16,901 nucleotides of DNA from Cyanobacteria bacterium J06626_4 (GTDB lineage Bacteria; Cyanobacteriota; Cyanobacteriia; Phormidesmidales; Phormidesmidaceae), in assembly GCA_038523235.1 (NCBI GenBank), contig JBCBJQ010000121.1, forward strand, positions 1 through 16,901. Direction: 5' to 3'. The notes below the pieces were generated by a model. That model ran no database searches. It was not told the DNA's origin and worked only from the letters and a program-made list of their open reading frames with translations. Both the position numbers and the translations under genes were made by a program. This document shows positions 14,466 to 16,901 of the stretch, piece after piece. Numbering within the stretch: position 1 is the first letter of the stretch; each line of letters starts with the position of its first letter.

Positions 14466-15002
14466 GTGCCTTTTACCGATATCGAAACGATGCACCAAGG
14501 CGCTCAGGCCAGACGTTTTTTGAGCGTCTTGAACTGGGTTCACACCCAATTAGACCTCAACATCGCCCCGATTGTAGAAATGCATTATTTGCGATCGCTG
14601 CCGCCTGACAGCTTGGGACGTGCTTGGGTCAACCACTTGGCCGATCATGATCTGGCGCTGTTTGATCATGCTCCCAGACGACAGCAGTTGCATGATGGCG
14701 TGCATGTGCTGACGGGCTACGGCACTGAGCTGATTGGCGAAGCGGAAGTGCAGGCTTTTTTGCTAGGGTCAAAATGGCGTCTGGCGCACCTCCTTTTGCT
14801 GGCTGGACTGTTGCGGGGGTTGGCGCGGCAACGGCGTGCCAACGTCAATGCACTAAGTCATGGGCAAGTACAATCGCGCCTCAAAATTGCCTATCGCCGG
14901 GGTCAACAATCTGGCTTTGATCTGGATACTTGGCAGCCTGAACATCTTTGGGAAATGCCGTTGGTGGAGGTGCGATCGCGGTTAGGCATTGATTTGTACT
15001 AA
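14466..15002 (+). CDS. Coq4-like putative metal-binding protein
   Basis: LRSLPPDSLGRAW and HDGVH-x11-E (HDGVHVLTGYGTELIGE), the Coq4 metal motif, followed by AEVQAF and W..E..WE.PL.EVR..LGI. Strong RBS AGGAGGT before the GTG start. Confidence 0.8.
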   Translation: MPFTDIETMHQGAQARRFLSVLNWVHTQLDLNIAPIVEMHYLRSLPPDSLGRAWVNHLADHDLALFDHAPRRQQLHDGVHVLTGYGTELIGEAEVQAFLLGSKWRLAHLLLLAGLLRGLARQRRANVNALSHGQVQSRLKIAYRRGQQSGFDLDTWQPEHLWEMPLVEVRSRLGIDLY

Positions 15003-15151
15003 GCTCTGCTGACACTGCGTTTTAGAAGTCACCTGAAAGTTTGCGCTTTTTTTGGTTAACGCAATCGACCGGCCTAAAATTAGTGAGATTCAGGCTAAGA
15101 CCTCCGCTTTTAAATCTTCTAGCTCTTGTTGAACTTTTTGGCAGCCTATTT

Positions 15152-15253
15152 TTATTGGCTAAGTCCTAATTCCAACTTAGTCTTTTCTTTTGTAAGTCGG
15201 TCATAGGCTGTCGCCACAACAGTGTCATCGAGTAGCAAAGAGATGATTGGCAT
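15152..15253 (-). CDS. Possible small ORF or pseudogene (33 aa), not in the ORF track
   Basis: GAGGAG lies 7 nt before ATG 15253, giving MPIISLLLDDTVVATAYDRLTKEKTKLELGLSQ*. Same strand and downstream of the NfeD-like gene. No family recognised. Confidence 0.3.
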   Translation of the reverse strand: MPIISLLLDDTVVATAYDRLTKEKTKLELGLSQ

Positions 15254-15409
15254 TGGAAATCTCCTCTTGAAGGCGGCTTTTTCATTTCGTTCGGGTAACT
15301 GTCACAACTCAATAGGTGGCCTCTACCGGGAACTCTAGAAATCTTTTCTGTTGATATTTTGTTGTATTCCTCCAATTCTTGAAAAAGTGTCGTTCGATAC
15401 TTCTTCCGA

Positions 15410-15661
15410 CTAGTTATAGATTGATGGTTGTGGCAAAACGAGCAAGGTAATCCCTTGACGAGCCACCACATGAACGGGTGTATCTGGCTTGAGGGTATCT
15501 TGCATGTTGGGATAGTAGAAGCGAGCTGGCCAGTCAGTTGCTCTAAAGCGAACCCGGCCGCGATGATCAGGCGTGATGGTTTTTAGGACGGTTGCAACAC
15601 CGATATTTTCTAGCAACTCGACTGAATAGGGATTAGAAAAGTCATAGTCAGAAAGCGTCAT
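15410..15661 (-). CDS. Small soluble NfeD-like (C-terminal OB-fold) protein
   Basis: G.ATV.KTITPDHRGRVRFRATDWPARFY...LKPDTPVHVVARQGITLLVLP matches the NfeD C-terminal pattern (GRV...W.A...V.V....G..L.V). No TM segment. Confidence 0.8.
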   Translation of the reverse strand: MTLSDYDFSNPYSVELLENIGVATVLKTITPDHRGRVRFRATDWPARFYYPNMQDTLKPDTPVHVVARQGITLLVLPQPSIYN

Positions 15662-15737
15662 AGTGCTTGATCTCTTGTGATGAAACTTACAGCTTCACTA
15701 TCGCGCTCATAAATCAGACTTTGTTGTTAGACAAAGG

Positions 15738-15767
15738 CCAACTATCCCCAACTATCCCCAACTTTTC
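15738..15767. repeat. Three 10-bp direct repeats in a divergent promoter region
   Basis: ccaactatcc ccaactatcc ccaacttttc. Confidence 0.8.
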
Positions 15768-15925
15768 TGATTTGCATTAAGTCAGCTCAATGCTTCCAGG
15801 CAATACTGGAACTGATGATGAATTTTAAAGCAAAGCTATAATCAAAATTAATAGACACGTTGACACTCTGTTTGGTGTGCCAGAATATATTCTCGCAGGG
15901 TAAATTCAAGACATCTACATAGGCA

Positions 15926-16901
15926 ATGCAGGAAGAACTACCGGAAGAACTACCGAGAGATTTCCTTGTTGCTATAGCAAGGAAATACAGCCTGACCAAG
16001 CTAGAGGAAGATGCATTTGTTGAAACATTCCACGCCGGTAGAACCGATGCCGTGATCATCAAGGTTCTCAACCTTACTTTGTCGGCTTATCGTTCTCGCA
16101 TGGGGAATGTGTATACAAAATTCAGCTTCAGAGATGGTGGACGCGGTAAGAGAGCGCGCCTTCAGTACTTTCTCAATGAGCAGTATAGACAGAGTAATGG
16201 TAGACATTCACTGCGCTCAGGCCAGATTAATATTGAAGAGTTAGTGGATGAGCTAAACAGCCGTCTTAGAGAGAAAATTCAGAATGAGTGCGGCTCTATG
16301 CGTGTGCTCGCCATGACTCGTCCTCTCGACTTATCCAACATTTTCACAGAAGTCAATATCCTTGAGCAAGTTTCTCATCACCAACGCTTGCGTTTAGATG
16401 AGCTTAATGCCTTGCATGCTGATGATAATCACTTGAATCCCTTTAGTTTTGCTCGCCAAACTGTTGAGAAAGTGTCAGGTGTTGATTATGTGCAAAGGCA
16501 AGAAAAGCTTTTGATATTAGGCCGACCTGGCGCAGGCAAAACGACCTTTCTCAAGCATCTCGCAACTCAATGTAGTGCGCGAAAGCTTTTTTCGAACTAT
16601 CTTCCTGTCTTTATCGTTTTAAGGAAATTTGCAGAGGTGGAAGGCCATCCTAGCCTCCTTGAATATATTATTCAAGAGCATGCGCCATGGCAGATAAAAG
16701 ACTATGAGATAGAGGGATTGCTGCAAGAACGAAGAATTTTGTTGCTCTTAGACGGCTTGGATGAAGTAAAGATCGAGGATATTCATCGAGTTACTCAAGA
16801 GATACAAAGCTTTACTAATAATTTTCATGGCAATCGGTTTGTGCTGACCTGTAGAATAGCTGCTCAAGAATATATCTTCGAACAGTTTACTGAGGTTGAA
16901 G
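15926..16901 (+). CDS. NACHT NTPase with N-terminal HTH-like domain (partial, runs off the window end)
   Basis: Manual translation from ATG 15926 is open to the end: MQEELPEELPRDFLVAIARKYSLTKLEEDAF...LNLTLSAYRSRMGNVYTKF (HTH-like), CGSMRVLAMTRPLDLSNIFTEVNILE, Walker A GRPGAGKTT, Walker B LLLLDGLDEV, FVLTCRIAA. It is absent from the ORF track because there is no stop in the window. Confidence 0.92.
   Translation, partial: MQEELPEELPRDFLVAIARKYSLTKLEEDAFVETFHAGRTDAVIIKVLNLTLSAYRSRMGNVYTKFSFRDGGRGKRARLQYFLNEQYRQSNGRHSLRSGQINIEELVDELNSRLREKIQNECGSMRVLAMTRPLDLSNIFTEVNILEQVSHHQRLRLDELNALHADDNHLNPFSFARQTVEKVSGVDYVQRQEKLLILGRPGAGKTTFLKHLATQCSARKLFSNYLPVFIVLRKFAEVEGHPSLLEYIIQEHAPWQIKDYEIEGLLQERRILLLLDGLDEVKIEDIHRVTQEIQSFTNNFHGNRFVLTCRIAAQEYIFEQFTEVE

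Larger units (their letters stand above)
737..14979. repeat. Dispersed HIP1 palindromes (GCGATCGC)
   Basis: Found by manual scan at about 737, 1083, 1570, 1947, 2204, 2579, 2703, 3515, 3565, 3864, 4050, 4341, 5094, 5667, 5873, 10081, 11025, 11940, 12927, 13378, 13998, 14591 and 14972. Confidence 0.85.

Noticed and set aside
15166..15471. 101-aa minus-strand ORF from the track
   Set aside because: It overlaps the NfeD-like gene out of frame and has no RBS or recognisable motif.
15787..16207. Minus-strand ORFs 15787-16071 and 16001-16207
   Set aside because: They are antisense to the clear HTH-NACHT reading frame starting at 15926.

Overview
This is cyanobacterial DNA, inferred from frequent HIP1 octamers (GCGATCGC) and the gene content. 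From left to right it holds: (1) the end of an in-frame tandem-repeat protein with six copies of FDELRRENLDKDAV, followed by a cluster of five hairpins; (2) a lumenal-type pentapeptide-repeat protein, a PhzF-family protein and a class I SAM methyltransferase; (3) a partly decayed copper operon on the minus strand, with a MerR-type operator, a frameshifted Atx1/CopZ chaperone missing from the ORF track, an intact CopA/PacS ATPase and a short membrane protein that looks like a cupredoxin protein without its cupredoxin domain; (4) a HIP1-poor two-gene unit encoding a TIR-STAND ATPase and a STAND ATPase with a hydrophobic GVAF repeat, which is the best candidate for an uncharacterised defence/conflict system; (5) a membrane protein with a double zinc ribbon; (6) a HisKA_3 kinase/NarL regulator pair divergent from Spy/CpxP-like and Coq4-like genes; (7) an AT-richer end with an NfeD-like small gene divergent from an HTH-NACHT gene (not in the ORF track, runs off the window), with 10-bp direct repeats between them. 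No rRNA, tRNA, CRISPR array or transposase was recognised. Family assignments come from motif recognition, not database searches.
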